DNA of 61,819 bases from Candidatus Limnocylindrales bacterium (GTDB lineage Bacteria > Chloroflexota > Limnocylindria > Limnocylindrales > CSP1-4): contig JBBSAV010000004.1 of NCBI GenBank assembly GCA_038251965.1, positions 1 to 61,819 of the forward strand. The letters are read 5' to 3'. Numbering within the stretch: position 1 is the stretch's first letter; each line of letters begins with the position of its first letter. Positions 1-8,889 of this stretch are shown here, one piece after another. Both the position numbers and the translations under genes were made by a program. A model generated the notes under the pieces. That model searched no databases. It was not told the DNA's origin and saw only the letters and a program-made list of their open reading frames with translations.

Positions 1-564
1 GAGGCGCCGCACCATCCCGTCGGCGACTTCGTCGTTCGCATGATCGGCAAGCCCCATGTGCTCGGTCCGACTGGAGCCCTCCGCCAACAGGTCCGGGTCG
101 AGTACCAGCAGAGGCCCTGGGCCAAGATCTACCTGGAGGTCTCACCATCAGAGGGTGGTTCGGTCGATCTGGACCGTCTCGATGTACTCGAGGCATCGCC
201 TGACCTGACCATCTTCGGTCTGCCGGCCATCGAGCCTATCCCTTGCATGCCCATCAGCTACCAGGTTGCCCAGAAGCTGCATGCCTGCACCGAGGTGAAG
301 ACGAGCGGTGAGGACAACGTGCGTTTCCATGACCTTCTCGACCTCCAGCTCCTTGCAGAGCTCAACGACGACTGGGCAGCGACCTGCGAGGCATGTGAGG
401 AGGTCTTCGGACTCCGACAAAAGCGGCCTTGGCCGCCCGTCATCACGGTCTACCCCTCGTGGCCGGACGGCTACGCGAAGATGGCGACCGCCGAGCAGTT
501 CCCGGTGACCGACGTGTATGCCGTCGCCGTCGAAGCCACGATCGAGAGGATCGCGACAACCTGA
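1..564 (+). CDS. abiEii: AbiEii/AbiGii-family nucleotidyltransferase toxin, C-terminal part (5' end outside window)
   Basis: Frame 1 is open from nt 1 (EAPHHPVGDFVVRMIGK..), so the ATG at 40 is internal. The C-terminal block QKLHAC..VRFHDLLDLQLL resembles DUF1814/AbiEii proteins. A 100-nt hand count at 101-200 gives about 61% GC. Confidence 0.5.
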   Translation, partial: EAPHHPVGDFVVRMIGKPHVLGPTGALRQQVRVEYQQRPWAKIYLEVSPSEGGSVDLDRLDVLEASPDLTIFGLPAIEPIPCMPISYQVAQKLHACTEVKTSGEDNVRFHDLLDLQLLAELNDDWAATCEACEEVFGLRQKRPWPPVITVYPSWPDGYAKMATAEQFPVTDVYAVAVEATIERIATT

Positions 565-628
565 CGTATCCCGTCCGCGTGAAGGCGAACCGAGTTGACG
601 ACTGGCGCATAGGTGCGAACATCGTCAG

Positions 629-1330
629 GTGATCTCGACTGAGGACCATCCCCGCGAAGGCGGACGTCGATCGCGCTCCGCCGACGAGCTCGCCGGGGAG
701 CGGGTCGTGCGTATCCTCGATCACATCGCTCGGCAGGGTGTGCCGATCCGGGCCAGCGACGGGCGACGTCCCGAGCGTGAACTGGAACGTGCCCGGATCC
801 GGGCCGAGCAGCTTGCGGATGACGCCGGCAGAGGCGAGATGTTAGATGAAGCACGCGAGGTGGTGACGGAGGCCTACACCGCGCGGCTCGGCGACGCGGG
901 CTTGTGGGCGTACCTCATCGCGACCAGCGTTCCCTACAGCCCGCGCGATCGCGCTGATTCCCAGGCCGCGCTCCTGGACCTGGTCACCGCAGCGGTCACC
1001 GAGGACCTGCTCGAAGCGTCGGCGGTACGACTGCTCCGCGACGATGGCCAACGACTCCTGGACCTCCCGACCCTCGTCTCGGACGTGCGATCGGGAATCG
1101 GTGCCGCGCCGGGCGCTGTGGCCGATGCATACCGTCGCGACGACCCGACGACCCGACGAGTGCTGCACCTTATCGGCACCATCGCGCTGGCCGCTCTCAT
1201 CTTCCTCATCGTGGCCGGCGCAACCGAAGACCTCGTGATCGCCCTGCTCGTAGCATCGGTCGTGGTGGTCCTGCTGTTGCTTTCGGTGTACGGCCCTGGC
1301 TGGTGGGAGCGTCGGGGTCGAGCGCGATAG
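629..1330 (+). CDS. hypothetical protein with C-terminal transmembrane anchor
   Basis: GTG-start ORF of 233 aa. It has a hydrophobic tail (LHLIGTIALAALIFLIVAG..VVVVLLLLSVY). No family recognised. Confidence 0.45.
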   Translation: MISTEDHPREGGRRSRSADELAGERVVRILDHIARQGVPIRASDGRRPERELERARIRAEQLADDAGRGEMLDEAREVVTEAYTARLGDAGLWAYLIATSVPYSPRDRADSQAALLDLVTAAVTEDLLEASAVRLLRDDGQRLLDLPTLVSDVRSGIGAAPGAVADAYRRDDPTTRRVLHLIGTIALAALIFLIVAGATEDLVIALLVASVVVVLLLLSVYGPGWWERRGRAR

Positions 1331-1356
1331 GAGCCGAAGGCGGGTATCGTGTTGGC

Positions 1357-2106
1357 ATGGAGCGATTCATCGGCCGGCGGATGCTGGTCACCGGCGGCGC
1401 CAGCGGCATCGGAGCCGGCATCGCCCAGCGTCTGGCCGACGAGGGAGCGCAGGTCACCATCCTCGACATCGCCCCTGTTGACACAGTCATGACCGGCATG
1501 CGCGCGGTGCAAGGAAGCGTGGCGGATGAGGAGGCGGTACGCGAAGCCGTCCGCGTCGCGGCCGGGGAGGATGGCCGCCTACATGGCCTGGTGAACAACG
1601 CCGGCATCATGGTCGGTGCGCCGGTCGAGCAGCTGACCCTCGACGACTGGCGTCTCATGCTCGACGTCAATGTCGCCGGCTACATGCTCGCCGCCAAGCA
1701 CGCCTTCGACCCCATGCGTGCGGCCGGCGGTGGCTCCATCGTCAACTGCGCCTCGATCATGGCCTACAACAGCGGGCCCGGGCAGGCATCCTATTCGGCC
1801 AGCAAGGCCGCGGTCCTGGGCCTGACGCGCGGCGTGGCCATGGACGGCGCCCCACACGGCATCCGTTGCAACGCCGTCTGTCCCGGCACCATCGATACGC
1901 CCATGTACGAGCGCTACCTGGCTGCCCAACAAGATCCTGAAGCCGAACACCGTCGGACCCTCGGCATGTATCCCCTGGGACGCCTCGGGACGCCAGGGGA
2001 CGTGGCCGGCCTGGTGGCCTTCCTGTTGAGCGATGACGCTGCCTGGATCACCGGACAGGACTTCGTCATCGACGGCGGCTTCCTGGCCCAGGGCACCGCG
2101 AAGTAG
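1357..2106 (+). CDS. SDR family oxidoreductase
   Basis: TGGASGIG Rossmann motif, NNAGI, and the YSASKAAV catalytic Tyr-x3-Lys. I chose the internal ATG at 1357 (MERFIGRRMLVTGG) over the ORF start at 1303. Confidence 0.85.
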   Translation: MERFIGRRMLVTGGASGIGAGIAQRLADEGAQVTILDIAPVDTVMTGMRAVQGSVADEEAVREAVRVAAGEDGRLHGLVNNAGIMVGAPVEQLTLDDWRLMLDVNVAGYMLAAKHAFDPMRAAGGGSIVNCASIMAYNSGPGQASYSASKAAVLGLTRGVAMDGAPHGIRCNAVCPGTIDTPMYERYLAAQQDPEAEHRRTLGMYPLGRLGTPGDVAGLVAFLLSDDAAWITGQDFVIDGGFLAQGTAK

Positions 2107-2108
2107 CC

Positions 2109-3347
2109 ATGCTGCACATCGAATCAGTCAAGGTCATCACGACCCGCCCGACCACGGAGAACCTCGTGCTGGTGAAGGTGCAGACTTCCGAGCCGGGCCT
2201 CTATGGCTGGGGCTGCGCCACCTTCACGCAGCGCCACCGGGCAGTGGTAGAGGTCGTCGAGGCGTACCTCGCGCCCTTGCTGGTCGGGCGCGACCCGGCG
2301 CGCATCGGTGAGCTGTGGCGACTCATGCACACCAACGGCTACTGGCGCAACGGGCCGGTCGTCAACAACGCCATCTCCGGCGTGGACCAGGCGCTCTGGG
2401 ACATCAAGGGCAAGTTGGCCGGGATGCCGGTCTACGACCTGCTGGGCGGCAAGGTGCGTGAGGCGGCCGCCGTCTACCAACATGCGGCGGGACGCGATGC
2501 CGAGGAGCTCTGCGACCGGGCCGCGTCGCTGCTCGAACAGGGAGTGCGGCACGTCAGGGTCCAGCTGAGCAAGGCACCCGACGCGGTGGGCACCTTGGCG
2601 GCAGCGACGGCGGGCTACGGCGGTGCACGCCTGGCCGGCCCACCGCCCGATGGAGCGCTTGCCGGTGACTACTTCGATGCGGCGGTCTACCGGCGAACGA
2701 CGATCGAGGCGCTGGCCAGGCTCCGCGAGGTGCTGGGGGACGAGATCGAGCTGCTGCACGACGTGCACTCCCGCTTGGCCCCGTCCGACGCGGTCGATTT
2801 CGCACGGGAGCTGGAGCCGTTGCGGATGTTCTTCCTCGAAGATGCGCTACCGCCAGAGCACCTCGATTGGTACGCGCGCCTGCGAGCGGTGACCACGACG
2901 CCCCAAGCCGTGGGCGAGCTGTTCGTCCACCCCGCCGAGTGGCTGCCGCTCGTGACACAGCGTCACATCGACTTCCTGCGGCTGCATGTGTCGGCCATCG
3001 GGGGCCTGACGCCGGCCTGGCGGGCGGCCCAGGTCTGCGAGGCCCACGGGGTCCGGACGGCCTGGCACGGGCCCAAGGACACCTCGCCCATCGGCCACAC
3101 GGCGCAGCTGCATCTCGACGTCGCCAGCCACGCCTTCGGCATCCAGGAGTTCCCCGCCTTCACCGAGCCGGAGCGTGAGATCTTCTCCGGCCTGCCGGAG
3201 TTGCGCGCCGGCTACCTCTACCCGAACGATCGACCGGGCCTGGGTCTCGAGGTGGACGTGGCCGCGGCAGCCCGATATCCGGCAGGCGCCGATGTCATCG
3301 GCTGGACCCAGTCCCGCTATCGCGACGGCTCGCTCTCCTACCCCTGA
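2109..3347 (+). CDS. enolase-superfamily D-mannonate/D-galactonate dehydratase family protein (ManD-like)
   Basis: 412 aa. The N-terminus (VKVQTSEPGLYGWGCATF..GYWRNGPVVNNAISGVDQALWDIKGKLAGMPVYDLLGG) is typical of the ManD/RspA group. It starts 2 nt after the SDR stop. Confidence 0.85.
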   Translation: MLHIESVKVITTRPTTENLVLVKVQTSEPGLYGWGCATFTQRHRAVVEVVEAYLAPLLVGRDPARIGELWRLMHTNGYWRNGPVVNNAISGVDQALWDIKGKLAGMPVYDLLGGKVREAAAVYQHAAGRDAEELCDRAASLLEQGVRHVRVQLSKAPDAVGTLAAATAGYGGARLAGPPPDGALAGDYFDAAVYRRTTIEALARLREVLGDEIELLHDVHSRLAPSDAVDFARELEPLRMFFLEDALPPEHLDWYARLRAVTTTPQAVGELFVHPAEWLPLVTQRHIDFLRLHVSAIGGLTPAWRAAQVCEAHGVRTAWHGPKDTSPIGHTAQLHLDVASHAFGIQEFPAFTEPEREIFSGLPELRAGYLYPNDRPGLGLEVDVAAAARYPAGADVIGWTQSRYRDGSLSYP

Positions 3348-3381
3348 CTCGTCGGCGCCCTATCCCCGATCGCCAGATCAT

Positions 3382-3416
3382 GAAGCGGCGCCCGCTCGAT
3401 GGCGAGTCGCCGCTTC
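3382..3416. terminator. stem-loop between convergent ManD-like and dps genes (candidate bidirectional terminator)
   Basis: Perfect 9-bp arms GAAGCGGCG (3382-3390) and CGCCGCTTC (3408-3416), with an inner CTCG/CGAG stem. It lies about 35 nt from both stop codons. There is no clear U-tract. Confidence 0.45.
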
Positions 3417-3449
3417 TCCGTGTCTCCAGCTGGCGCGTAGCGCCGGCAG

Positions 3450-3899
3450 CTACATCTCGAGCTGGGCTCGCAGCATCCAGGCCGCCTTTTCCAGCTCATC
3501 GGTGGTACCGATGAGGATGTCCTGGCTGACCGGATCGTCGTCGGCGATGCGAACGATGCGCGCCTCCAAGCGGCTCGCGATGGTATCCATCGCGGCGGTC
3601 ACGAGCTTGACGGTATCGGTGCCGGGCACGAAGCCGGTCGGGAATGGCGCCAGCTCGCTGCTGGTGGCGACCGTCTCGGCGCGCCCGTCAGGCGAGGCGC
3701 CGATGGTGGCCAGCCGCTCGGCCACGCGATCGGATGCCAGGCGCGCGCTGTCCACGATCTCGTCGAGCTGCAGATGGTCAGAACGGAAGTGCGGGCCCAC
3801 CACGTTCCAGTGGGCCTGCTTGCCCAGCAGGGACAGATCGATCAGCTCGACGAGCGTTGCCTGCATGTCTTTGACGACGGTCTTCTTGGGCTTCGCCAT
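3450..3899 (-). CDS. dps: Dps family DNA starvation/stationary-phase protection protein
   Basis: 149 aa. LGKQAHWNVVGPHFRSDHLQLDE ferroxidase-centre region and overall Dps length. Confidence 0.9.
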   Translation of the reverse strand: MAKPKKTVVKDMQATLVELIDLSLLGKQAHWNVVGPHFRSDHLQLDEIVDSARLASDRVAERLATIGASPDGRAETVATSSELAPFPTGFVPGTDTVKLVTAAMDTIASRLEARIVRIADDDPVSQDILIGTTDELEKAAWMLRAQLEM

Positions 3900-3986
3900 G
3901 GTGTCTCCTTCGCACGATGAAGTCGGATGGATCAGGGGAGTCCCCTCATCCTACGCTGTTCGCCTCATCGCCCGACGTTCGCCTCA

Positions 3987-4745
3987 TCATCCGACGAGCG
4001 CATTGACCCGACGCAGCAGCCACTCCGCGTTCAGGGCCATCGTGCCGTCCTCGTCGTGGCGGAAGAAGGCGTAGGCGTCCATACCGGCGCGCACCATCGA
4101 TGTCAGCCGTCCTGCCCATCGCTCCAGGTCGTCGGGCGTGTAGGCCTCGCGGCGCAGGCGCACATACACGACCGGGCCGGGCCGCAGCTCGGGTTCATCG
4201 CGGCCCACCAAGTCGGTCGCCACCAGCGTCGCGCCATGAGCCGAAGCAGCATCGTGGACAGCGTCGCACGCCCAGCTCGGATGCAGCAGCTCGAGCGCCA
4301 GCGGGATGTCAGTCGGCCAGGCGGACAGCACCCGCTTCAGGGCCGCGTCATCCCGCTCCGTCGTGCCGCGCAGGGACAGCAAGACACAGCCAAGTCGTCC
4401 GCCGAACCCGGCTAGCGCATCGGTGAGCCAGCGGATCGAGGCGCTCGGATCGGCCTCCGTCCAGGCGTTCCAGGACGTCGCTCGCTGGGCCTTGGGACAG
4501 AAGCGGAAGTCGGGGCCGGTCTCGCCCAGCCACTTGGTGATCTGCTGCTGGTTGGGGCGGCGGAAGAACGTGTTGTGCAGCTCTACCGCGGGCAGTCGGG
4601 CGGCATAGGCGACGAGCGGCTTGCGACTGGCCTTGCCGGGCGCATAGAACCTGGGCACCCAACCGGGGTAGGCGAAGCCACTGGTGCCGACATAGAGTCG
4701 ACCGACTGACGGCGACGGGTCAGGCAGGCGCGGCTGCGAGGTCAC
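3987..4745 (-). CDS. DUF72 domain-containing protein
   Basis: YVGTSGFAYPGW..FYAPG..LAYAARLPAVELHNTFFRRP is a typical DUF72 N-terminus. The GTG start overlaps the upstream DMT stop (GTGA). Confidence 0.8.
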   Translation of the reverse strand: MTSQPRLPDPSPSVGRLYVGTSGFAYPGWVPRFYAPGKASRKPLVAYAARLPAVELHNTFFRRPNQQQITKWLGETGPDFRFCPKAQRATSWNAWTEADPSASIRWLTDALAGFGGRLGCVLLSLRGTTERDDAALKRVLSAWPTDIPLALELLHPSWACDAVHDAASAHGATLVATDLVGRDEPELRPGPVVYVRLRREAYTPDDLERWAGRLTSMVRAGMDAYAFFRHDEDGTMALNAEWLLRRVNALVG

Positions 4746-5842
4746 TCGACCGGCGCCTCCACTGTGGGACGCTGGAAGAGCGGTCGCTGGCCGACGCTGG
4801 CATTGACCAACACGACGCCTGCGATGATGAGTGCCGCGCCCGCGATCTCCAACGGCAGCAGGCGTTCGCCCAGGAAGATGAAGCCGAGCGCGATGGCCAC
4901 CACTGGGATGACGTAGGTGACGAGCGTTGTGCGGGTGGCGCCCCAGCGTTCGATGAGACGGAAGAACAGCAAGTAGGCCACGCCGGTGCCGAGCGCGCCC
5001 AGCCAGATCATCGCCAGCCAGCCCAGGCCGCTCGCCGGCAGGGCGTAGAGGCCGTCAGCGGGCCGCTCGAACAGCACGGCCAGGACGGTGATGATGAGGA
5101 AGGCCGCGAAGGCGCTGCCGAACGAGATCTCGCCGGGAGATGGCGCCCGAAAGGAGCCGTCCGCGCGCTCGATGATGGCGTGCCCGGTGAGACGCCGACG
5201 GGTGTACACAGCGGCCACCGCGTAGAAGATGGCCGCCAGTACCACGGCCAGCATGCCCACTACCGCCCGGAGGGCGTCATCGTCGGTCTGTGCCGCCTCC
5301 AGGTTCGGCAGTGCCAGCAAGACGACGCCGCCCATGCCGATCCCGATCCCGGCCAGGCGGGCCACGGTGATGTGCTCATCGGTCAGGGCGATGGCTGCCA
5401 GCAGGATGGTGAACAGCGGCACTGTGGAGTTGAGGATCGAGGTCATGCCCGAGGGGATGTACTGCTGGCCCCACGCGATGAGCACGAACGGGATGACGAT
5501 ATTGGTGGTGCCCAGGAATGCCATCCGCTTCCAGATATCCCACCGCAGCGGCAGCCGACCACCACGTGCCAGGAGCACGGCCCCCAGCATCAAGCTGGCG
5601 AAGGCCGTTCGAAGGCTCACCAGCGTCATGGGGTGGATGCCTTCGTCGAGGCCGATCTTGATGAAGAGGAACGAGCTGCCCCAGATGGCAGCCAGGACCA
5701 GGAACATCGACCACGTCTGGGCATCGTTGGAGGCGTGCGTGGTGGGCTGGGCAGGTGACATCTGGACTGCCGATGCTAGAGCACTTGGCGACGGGGCTTC
5801 GTCGTCGGGCTCGGGGACCCGGTTGGGATCAGCATCGCCCAC
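4742..5842 (-). CDS. DMT (EamA-type) family transporter
   Basis: About 10 hydrophobic segments in two EamA-like halves (WGSSFLFIKIGL.., LGERLLPLEIAGAALIIAGVVLV). The start is uncertain; an internal Met at about 5761 is possible. Confidence 0.8.
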   Translation of the reverse strand: MGDADPNRVPEPDDEAPSPSALASAVQMSPAQPTTHASNDAQTWSMFLVLAAIWGSSFLFIKIGLDEGIHPMTLVSLRTAFASLMLGAVLLARGGRLPLRWDIWKRMAFLGTTNIVIPFVLIAWGQQYIPSGMTSILNSTVPLFTILLAAIALTDEHITVARLAGIGIGMGGVVLLALPNLEAAQTDDDALRAVVGMLAVVLAAIFYAVAAVYTRRRLTGHAIIERADGSFRAPSPGEISFGSAFAAFLIITVLAVLFERPADGLYALPASGLGWLAMIWLGALGTGVAYLLFFRLIERWGATRTTLVTYVIPVVAIALGFIFLGERLLPLEIAGAALIIAGVVLVNASVGQRPLFQRPTVEAPVE

Positions 5843-5871
5843 CGATCAACGGATCGGCACTTGACTACCAC

Positions 5872-5888
5872 GCACGTAACGTACGTGC
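5872..5888. promoter_or_regulatory. 7-bp-arm palindrome GCACGTA-ACG-TACGTGC in the DMT/pncA divergent region
   Basis: Read directly from the sequence, 30 nt upstream of the DMT ORF start. The related TTACGTGA motif recurs at 5999-6006 and 29700-29707. Confidence 0.3.
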
Positions 5889-6026
5889 TCGCGTAGCGAC
5901 CAGTCGGTGGTTTGCGTGAGAGTCCTGATCCCGGCCGAGCGTGCGTCTTGTTTGCCTCCAGGGCAAAGGAGCGACCGATAGGGTAGGTCGTCGGTCAGTT
6001 ACGTGATTGCCAGGCACATCCGAGGC

Positions 6027-6150
6027 GGGCGCCGTGTAGGTGGCGGGCTTGGGCGCCGTGTAGGTGGCGGGCTTGGCGGCCGGGTTGGCGGCCGGGTTGG
6101 CGGGCGCTACGTGGGTGGCCGGGTTGGCGGCCGGGTTGGCGGCCGGGTTA
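6027..6150. repeat. composite minisatellite: 24-bp x2, then 12-bp GGCGGCCGGGTT copies
   Basis: GGGCGCCGTGTAGGTGGCGGGCTT at 6027-6050 and 6051-6074 (identical). GGCGGCCGGGTT at 6075-6086, 6087-6098, 6126-6137 and 6138-6149, with a degenerate stretch between. It ends 10 nt before the pncA ATG. Confidence 0.9.
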
Positions 6151-6160
6151 GCATCGTCCT

Positions 6161-6751
6161 ATGCCCGCCTACGACTCCACCACCGCGCTTCTCCTCATCG
6201 ATGTCCAGAACGACTTCGCCGATCCGGCGGGCTCGCTTGCCGTGGCTGGTGGTGCCGAGGTCGTACCGCTCATCAACGCCGAGATCGAGGCGGCCACCGC
6301 AGCCGGTGCGCACGTCTTCTACACGCAGGACTGGCATCCACCGGTCACGCCGCACTTCGAGAAGGACGGCGGCCTCTGGCCCGTCCACTGTGTCGCCAAC
6401 ACCTGGGGCGCGGAGCTCCATCCCGGCCTGCGCGTCGAGGGGCCGGTGGTACGCAAGGGCGGCAACGGCGAGGACGGCTACAGCGGCTTCACCATGCGCG
6501 ATCCCGTGTCCGGCGTGACCCAGCCGACCGAACTGGATGGCCTGCTTCGGGCAGCCGGAATCGAGCGTGTCGTCATCGCCGGATTGGCCACCGATTACTG
6601 TGTGCTGGCCACCGCGCTCGACGCGCGCACGCTCGGCTACCCCACGACGGTGCTGGCCGCAGCCATCCGCGCCGTGGACCTGGCAGCGGGTGACGGCGCT
6701 CGCGCGCTCGACCAGATGCGGGAGGCCGGAGCGGTCGTCGAAGAGGGCTGA
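6161..6751 (+). CDS. pncA: nicotinamidase/pyrazinamidase (isochorismatase family)
   Basis: LLLIDVQNDFADPAGSLAV.., QDWHPP..HF, and the GLATDYCV catalytic Cys motif. Confidence 0.85.
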   Translation: MPAYDSTTALLLIDVQNDFADPAGSLAVAGGAEVVPLINAEIEAATAAGAHVFYTQDWHPPVTPHFEKDGGLWPVHCVANTWGAELHPGLRVEGPVVRKGGNGEDGYSGFTMRDPVSGVTQPTELDGLLRAAGIERVVIAGLATDYCVLATALDARTLGYPTTVLAAAIRAVDLAAGDGARALDQMREAGAVVEEG

Positions 6752-6846
6752 GCGTGCGCCTCGAAGGCGACTGAGCGTCATCGAGGGGTGTTGAGCGGCG
6801 TCGACGCACGCCACGGTGCATGCCAAGGCGCACTAGACTGCCCGCC

Positions 6847-7950
6847 ATGACGACGAACGACGACCGTCCCTACTCACCCGGTCTCGCGGGCGTCCTCGCG
6901 GGGGAGACCGCGCTTTCTCTCGTCGATGGCGCCAACGGCCGGCTGCTCTATCGCGGCTACCCCATCGGTGAGCTCGTTCGCGAGGGTAGCTTCGCTCAGG
7001 TCGCACACCTGCTCTGGGCCGACGAATGGCTGACCGAGGCGCACTTGCCCTGCGCCCCCCTTGATGAGCCCATCGTGGCGGCTCTGCGCGACCTGCCCGA
7101 AGGCGCCCACCCCATGGATGCCCTGCGTACCGCGTTCTCCGTCTGGGGCGCCACGCATCGAACGGCCTGGCCGCCGACGGTCGAGCAGGCCCGCGAGATC
7201 ACGGCCATGGCGCCTTCGGCATTGGCCGCCTTTGGTCGTTTGCGCCAGGGCCTGGAGCCGATCGCGCCCGATCCCGACCTTGACACCACGGCCGGGTTCC
7301 TCTATCAGCTCAACGGTGAGGTGCCGAACGCCGCCGCCGCCCGCGCGCTCGACGCCTATTTCGTCGTTGCTGCCGATCACGGCTTCAACGCCTCGACCTT
7401 CGCGGCTCGGGTCATCACCTCCACGCGCTCGGACATCGCCAGCGCGGTAGCTGGTGCCACCGGCGCGCTCAAGGGTCCACTGCATGGTGGCGCGCCATCG
7501 GAAGTCGTCAGCCAGCTCAACGCCATCGGCTCGCCCGAGGCGGCGGAGCAATGGATCAACGACGCCATCGACCGCAAGGAGCGGCTGATGGGCTTCGGCC
7601 ACCGCGTCTATCGCGCCTACGATCCCCGCGCTGCTGCCTTGCGTGAGGTCGCCCTGCAGATGGCGTCCATCGCCGACTGGCTGGAGCTCGCGGTGGCGGT
7701 CGAGGATGTGGCCCTGCGGGTGCTGGAAGAGCGCTATCCCGACCGACCCCTGAAGACGAACGTGGAGTACTACACCGCCGCGGTCCTTCAGGGTGTGGGG
7801 CTGCCGCCCGATCTCTTCCCGGCCACCTTCGCCATGGCGCGGACCGCGGGTTGGACCGCGCACGCCATCGAGCAGGCTGCGGCCGACAAGCTCATCCGGC
7901 CCGACGTGATCTACACCGGCCCGCAAGAGCGCCACCTGCCCGGCTCCTGA
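6847..7950 (+). CDS. citrate synthase / 2-methylcitrate synthase family protein
   Basis: GFGHRVYRAYDPRA signature, a LHGGAPSEV-like loop, and a size of about 367 aa. I preferred the ATG at 6847 over 6820. Confidence 0.85.
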   Translation: MTTNDDRPYSPGLAGVLAGETALSLVDGANGRLLYRGYPIGELVREGSFAQVAHLLWADEWLTEAHLPCAPLDEPIVAALRDLPEGAHPMDALRTAFSVWGATHRTAWPPTVEQAREITAMAPSALAAFGRLRQGLEPIAPDPDLDTTAGFLYQLNGEVPNAAAARALDAYFVVAADHGFNASTFAARVITSTRSDIASAVAGATGALKGPLHGGAPSEVVSQLNAIGSPEAAEQWINDAIDRKERLMGFGHRVYRAYDPRAAALREVALQMASIADWLELAVAVEDVALRVLEERYPDRPLKTNVEYYTAAVLQGVGLPPDLFPATFAMARTAGWTAHAIEQAAADKLIRPDVIYTGPQERHLPGS

Positions 7951-7981
7951 GCCGGTTCGGCAGCGGCAGGGCAGGCTAGCC

Positions 7982-8887
7982 ATGGCCGTCAAGATCTCCG
8001 GCTTGATCAACACCTGGAACGAGGCGGAGACGATCCGCTATGCGGTCGAATCGCTCAAGACCTGGTGTGACGAGGTGCTTGTCGTCGACCAACAGTCAAG
8101 CGACGACACGCAGCGCATCGCCCGAGCCTGCGGCGCCAAGGTGATCGAGGTCGAAGCCACCGGCTATGTCGAGATCATCCGCGAGATGTCCGTGGCCATG
8201 ACCGAGCACGACTGGGTGATGGTGCTTGACTCCGATGAGGTGGTGCATCCAGCGCTGGGTCGCCGACTGCGCCAGATCGCCGAGACGGGTGAAGCCAACG
8301 TGGTGCGCATCCCGCGTCGCAACATCATCCTGGGGCGTGAGATGCAGCACGGGCAGTGGTGGCCAAATGCCAAGCGCCACTTCTTCCATAAGGACTGGAT
8401 CGACATCCGCGTGGAGATGCATGGCGGCTTCCACGCCGCAGCTGGCGCCACAGAGATCATGCTGCCCATGGATCGTGACTGCTGCCTGTGGCACTACAGC
8501 TATCACAACATCGCCGACGTGGTCTGGAAGTCGCAGCGCTACACCACCGTGCAGGCTTGGCAGCGCTCACGCTCGGGACGCCGTCCCGGTCCCCGTCGCT
8601 GGTTCCGGGTGGCCCTGCGGCAGACCTGGAAGGAGTTCGTCAAAGGGCGCGCCTGGCGCGACGGTGCCCCGGGCATCGCTGTATCGGTCGTGCGCATCAT
8701 GGACCGCTTCCTGGTGCAGGCCAAGCAGTGGGATGAGTTGGCTTCGCACAGTCGTGCGGCCGAATACCAGTGCCTGAAGGAGGAGATGTTGGGACTGGCG
8801 CACGATCCCGATCTCGCGCCCATCGATACCGCCGACTTGGAGCGGCTCAAGAAGGCGCCCAAGGCCGTGGGCGAGGTGCAGTTCTAG
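7982..8887 (+). CDS. family 2 glycosyltransferase
   Basis: SGLINTWNEAETI..CDEVLVVDQQSSDDT..VLDSDEV (GT-A fold with a DxD-like motif). It is a paralog of the next gene. Confidence 0.75.
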   Translation: MAVKISGLINTWNEAETIRYAVESLKTWCDEVLVVDQQSSDDTQRIARACGAKVIEVEATGYVEIIREMSVAMTEHDWVMVLDSDEVVHPALGRRLRQIAETGEANVVRIPRRNIILGREMQHGQWWPNAKRHFFHKDWIDIRVEMHGGFHAAAGATEIMLPMDRDCCLWHYSYHNIADVVWKSQRYTTVQAWQRSRSGRRPGPRRWFRVALRQTWKEFVKGRAWRDGAPGIAVSVVRIMDRFLVQAKQWDELASHSRAAEYQCLKEEMLGLAHDPDLAPIDTADLERLKKAPKAVGEVQF

Positions 8888-8889
8888 CC

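Noticed and set aside
6003-6693. The + strand ORFs 6003-6518 and 6064-6693, which encode GGRVGGRV / GLAAGLAAG repeats.
   Set aside because: They are translations of the minisatellite that then run out of frame across the well-supported pncA gene. They contain no independent coding signal.
6874-8013. A 379-aa minus-strand ORF opposite citrate synthase. Similar long antisense ORFs occur at 8884-9906, 9602-10489, 15102-16118, 31345-32598, 43336-44955, 44937-46109, 53866-55395 and 59933-61186.
   Set aside because: Each is antisense to, or out of frame with, a gene that has clear family motifs. Their products are Arg/Gly/Pro-rich with no recognisable domains. They are high-GC shadow ORFs.
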